Source of the DNA: Thermoflexus sp.
GTDB lineage: Bacteria > Chloroflexota > Anaerolineae > B4-G1 > SLSP01
Direction: 5' to 3'
Assembly (NCBI GenBank): GCA_020722365.1
Contig: DYKY01000002.1
Span: forward strand, 8,266-55,251
DNA: 46,986 bases
In this document: positions 43,876 to 46,986 of the stretch, piece after piece
Layout: every line of letters starts with the position of its first letter
Position numbering within the stretch: the stretch's first letter is position 1
The notes under the pieces: model-generated
Databases searched by the model: none
Told to the model about the DNA's origin: nothing
What the model saw: only the letters and a program-made list of their open reading frames with translations
Made by a program: the position numbers and the translations under genes

Positions 43876-45507
43876 GTGACACAATCTAGCGAATTCCCTC
43901 CACTTTTGATAGAAAACTTGTCCTTCCAATACCGGACGCGCGAGCAACCGGCAATTGAGGATGTGTCGTTCACGCTGCATGCGGGCGAGCTGCTGCTCGT
44001 GGCCGGGTCCAGCGGCTGCGGCAAGACGACGCTCATCCGCTGCATCAACGGGCTGGTTCCCCGCAGTTACAAGGGCAACCTGCAGGGGCAAGTGTTGCTC
44101 CACGGGCAAGATATTTCCGACATGCCGTTGTCGCGCATCTCGCAGATCGTCGGCACGGTGCTGCAAGACCCGGAACGCCAAATCCTGGGGGCGCACGTCT
44201 TCACCGAGGTCGCCTTCGGCCTGGAGAACCTGGGCCTGCCGCGCGACGAAATCCGCCAGCGGGTGGATGAGACGCTCGACTACCTGGGGATTGCCCATCT
44301 GCGCGACCGCGAGACCTTCTACCTCTCCGGCGGCGAGAAACAGAAGGTGAGCCTCGCCGGGGTGTTGGCGATGCGGCCCGACATCCTCTTGCTCGATGAA
44401 CCGCTCGCCAGCCTCGATCCGGCGAGCGCGCGGGAGGCGCTGGCGCTCTTCCGCCGTCTGGCCGACGAGGGCGTGAGTATCCTCCTGGTTGAACACCGGG
44501 TCGAGGATGCGTTGGGCATCCGCCCCGACCGGGTGCTCTTTATGCAGGATGCCAGGATCGTCCACGCCGGCCCGCTGGACGAGGTGATGGGGTTGATGGA
44601 TTACCGCCAGGTCAAGCTGCCTGCGCCAGTTGTGATGGAGCGCGCGGCCAAAGTGCCGCTTCCGCCCTTCGAGCCGGCGATCAAGCCCAACGGACGCGAT
44701 CCGCTGGTGACGTTCGAGGATGTTGCGTTTTCCTACGAAAGCGGCGCGGAGGTCATCCATGGCGTCAATCTCACGCTGCGTCACGGCGACATCACGGCGA
44801 TCCTCGGCCCGAACGGTGCGGGGAAGACGACGCTGGTCAAACACGCCATCGGCCTGCTGAAACCCAGCCAGGGTCGCGTGCTGGTCGAAGGAACCGACAC
44901 CCGCAAAATGAGCGTCGCGCAGATCGCGCACACGTTGGGCTACGTGTTCCAAAGCCCCAGTCACATGCTTTACGCGCCGACCGTGCGCGAGGAGCTGGCC
45001 TTTGGGCCAAAAAACCTGGGCTTCAGCAAAGAGGCCATCGAAGCCGGCGTCGGCGAGGCGCTCGATGCCGTCAACGTGCGCGCGTTGGCGGATTATCCGC
45101 CGCTTTCGCTCTCCTTCGGGCAGCAGAAGCGGGTCAGCATCGCGGCGGTGTTGGCGATGCGCTCCAAAATCCTGGTGATGGATGAGCCGACCGCCGGGCA
45201 GGATTACTGGAATTATATCGCCTTTATGGATTCCATCCTGCAGACGCCGGGATTTGCGGCCATCCTCTTCATCACGCACGATCTCGATCTGGCGATTTGC
45301 TACGCCAACCGGGTCGTGCTGATGCATGGGGGCCAAGTCGTCGGCGACGGGGCGCCATCCGAGGTTCTGGCCGATCTTGACTTGCTGGAGCGCTGCCGCC
45401 TGGTACCGACGTCGCTGTTGAAGGCGAATTTGGCGCATCTGCCGGAGACGGGACGCTTTATGTCGGCGGAAGCGTTGGCGCATGCTCTAGTAGACAGTAG
45501 ACGGTAG
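43876..45507 (+). CDS. ECF transporter fused double ATPase (A-A')
   Basis: GSSGCGKTT, QDPE.Q, LSGGEKQK, LLDEP; second GPNGAGKTT, LSFGQQKR, VMDEPT. Confidence 0.92.
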   Translation: MTQSSEFPPLLIENLSFQYRTREQPAIEDVSFTLHAGELLLVAGSSGCGKTTLIRCINGLVPRSYKGNLQGQVLLHGQDISDMPLSRISQIVGTVLQDPERQILGAHVFTEVAFGLENLGLPRDEIRQRVDETLDYLGIAHLRDRETFYLSGGEKQKVSLAGVLAMRPDILLLDEPLASLDPASAREALALFRRLADEGVSILLVEHRVEDALGIRPDRVLFMQDARIVHAGPLDEVMGLMDYRQVKLPAPVVMERAAKVPLPPFEPAIKPNGRDPLVTFEDVAFSYESGAEVIHGVNLTLRHGDITAILGPNGAGKTTLVKHAIGLLKPSQGRVLVEGTDTRKMSVAQIAHTLGYVFQSPSHMLYAPTVREELAFGPKNLGFSKEAIEAGVGEALDAVNVRALADYPPLSLSFGQQKRVSIAAVLAMRSKILVMDEPTAGQDYWNYIAFMDSILQTPGFAAILFITHDLDLAICYANRVVLMHGGQVVGDGAPSEVLADLDLLERCRLVPTSLLKANLAHLPETGRFMSAEALAHALVDSRR

Positions 45508-45533
45508 ACAGTAGACGGGTGAAGGGTAAAGGG
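45490..45533. repeat. Heptamer tandem (GTAGACA GTAGACG)x2 then GGTGAAG GGTAAAG; supplies the ATPase stop codon
   Basis: Read directly; TAG 45505-45507 lies inside the third unit. Confidence 0.8.
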
Positions 45534-45670
45534 AGCGAAAGCCTTTTCATGACTTGGGATGTAGCCCGAAAGGCAGCTCAAAGGGCTTTGCTCTTTTGGC
45601 GTGGGGGGTTCAACCCCACGTTTGGTAAGGATGCGTGCAGGGGACGCGCCGGGGGAGGGACGTGTTCTGC
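45528..45670. other. Cluster of hairpins (structured leader or REP-like elements) before the S component
   Basis: 45528-45547 pairs with 45580-45597 around CCGAAAGG; CGTGGGG/CCCCACG (45600-45620); imperfect GCAGGGGACG/CGTGTTCTGC. Confidence 0.5.
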
Positions 45671-45726
45671 TGCTCGATCGTTGAAGGTATCGTATTTTAG
45701 TATTTCTCACGAAAGGAGATGAACGT

Positions 45727-46629
45727 ATGACTGAACAACCAAAAACCAATCGCGCAGTCACCTGGCTCGTTGTGTTGGCCGCCTTTGTGGTGTTATTAGC
45801 CCTGGCCAGCATCCTCACCAGCGGCGACAAGATTCGCGGCGTAGCCCCGATCGGGGTCACCGCTCTTGGTCTCATCGCTGTTTTCGCCGTCTATCTTGTC
45901 ACGGCCAAGAGCGACGCCTGGAAGGTCGAGACCCGGCAGGTTGTCTATATGGCGATTGGCGCGGCGCTTTATGGCGTCTTCAACTACATCTTCAACACGA
46001 TCCCGATGCCGTCCGTCAGCCAGGTATCGCTGCGCCCTTCGATCTGCATCCCGGTGTTCTTCGGCTACGTCTTCGGCCCCGTGGTCGGGTTCTTCACCGG
46101 GGCCGTGGGCAACATCCTCGGTGACTTCATCACCGGCTGGGGCGTGTATCCGGCATGGGATCTCGGCAACGGCTTGATGGGGTTGGTTCCGGGACTGGTG
46201 ATGCTCTTTGTCGACAAGAAGCGCAGCCTCAACTTTCTCACCATCCTGGTCGGTGTGCTGATGGTCATCGCCGTAGCGTTGATCTTCATCAATCCAGAAG
46301 TGCCCGGCCCGTGGACCGGCGAGATCGAGGACTTTTCCTTCTGGGCCTGGGCTTTCCTCATCGGTGGCGCGGTGGTGATCGCCGGACGGTTTATCCTGGA
46401 GCGATTCAGCGTAGACCTGGCGGCGGTGAACCTGTGGGGCACGTTGGCCATCATCATCGGCATCGGCTTCGCCGCCCTCGCCGACATCTGGGTCAACGGC
46501 TACAGCTTCGCCACGGCCATCATCGGCGAGTTCGCGCCGGCGGCCGGCCCCAACATCCTCAACTCGATGATCCTGACGCCGATTTTGTTGGCCGCTTACG
46601 AGGCTGTACAAGGCCGGATTGGCCGGTAA
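45727..46629 (+). CDS. ECF transporter substrate-binding S component, extended with extra TM helices
   Basis: VVYMAIGAALY, FGPVVGFFTGAVGNILGD, W.LGNGLMG; AAGGAG RBS. Confidence 0.85.
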   Translation: MTEQPKTNRAVTWLVVLAAFVVLLALASILTSGDKIRGVAPIGVTALGLIAVFAVYLVTAKSDAWKVETRQVVYMAIGAALYGVFNYIFNTIPMPSVSQVSLRPSICIPVFFGYVFGPVVGFFTGAVGNILGDFITGWGVYPAWDLGNGLMGLVPGLVMLFVDKKRSLNFLTILVGVLMVIAVALIFINPEVPGPWTGEIEDFSFWAWAFLIGGAVVIAGRFILERFSVDLAAVNLWGTLAIIIGIGFAALADIWVNGYSFATAIIGEFAPAAGPNILNSMILTPILLAAYEAVQGRIGR

Positions 46630-46636
46630 TGTGAGA

Positions 46637-46748
46637 TGCCGACCACGAATGTTAGCACGAATAAACGAATAGGCGCCTTCGCTTGTGCGGATTTGCGTTG
46701 AGCGGACGGTTTGAATTCGTTTATTCGTTTCGTCATTCGTGGTCGGCA
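46637..46748. repeat. 112-bp palindromic element with nested perfect inverted repeats
   Basis: TGCCGACCACGAATG/CATTCGTGGTCGGCA (15 bp) and ACGAATAAACGAAT/ATTCGTTTATTCGT (14 bp). Confidence 0.9.
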
Positions 46749-46778
46749 AGCCAACTCAAACCATAAAGGGACAATGAT

Positions 46779-46986
46779 ATGCTGATCGCCTGGCGTTATC
46801 GTGAACGGAACACCATCATCCAGCGTCTTGATCCACGGGCGCGGATAATCTTCATGCTACTGATGTTGTTCTCCGTCATCCAGTTTTGGGATTTGCGCAT
46901 TTTGCTCATCTTCCTGGGCATCGCTCTGCTCCAGTTCTTTTTGGCGAAGCTCACCTGGCGCGAGACACGCCGGGCGTGGATTTTGA
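46779..46986 (+). CDS. ecfT: ECF transporter T component, 5' part (runs off the window)
   Basis: Manual translation MLIAWRYRERNTIIQRLDPRARIIFMLL..; LDPR motif; follows the A-A' and S genes. Confidence 0.85.
   Translation, partial: MLIAWRYRERNTIIQRLDPRARIIFMLLMLFSVIQFWDLRILLIFLGIALLQFFLAKLTWRETRRAWIL

Overview
GC-rich bacterial chromosomal window. Gene content and fusions suggest an anaerobic Chloroflexota (Anaerolineae-like) organism; this is inference. Left to right: (1) a 4Fe-4S protein / HdrA-MvhD fusion / HdrC / HdrB / FwdF-like polyferredoxin operon, interrupted twice by toxin-antitoxin cassettes with no room for their own promoters; (2) murE and a GT4 glycosyltransferase; (3) on the minus strand, tRNA-His, tRNA-Arg(UCG), tatABC and a TolB-like propeller fused to an M15-type Zn-peptidase motif set; (4) a threonine-synthase-like enzyme fused to a receiver domain plus a sensor-less hybrid kinase, divergent from a Ser/Thr kinase, PP2C, DnaJ-vWA, FHA, response regulator, small GTPase, Hsp20, alpha-2-macroglobulin-like and AAA ATPase cluster; (5) GDPD, an EamA transporter and a UroD/MtaA-family gene; (6) an ~8 kb same-strand array with no integrase in view, in which TA-like and restriction-modification cassettes alternate with broken pieces of metabolic genes (SDR, a second diverged flavodoxin 3' end, a Zn-ADH 5' end); (7) an ECF transporter. 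Many gene boundaries carry 7-9 bp tandem repeats or inverted-repeat elements, several with a stop codon inside a repeat unit. All calls come from motif reading; no database searches were run.
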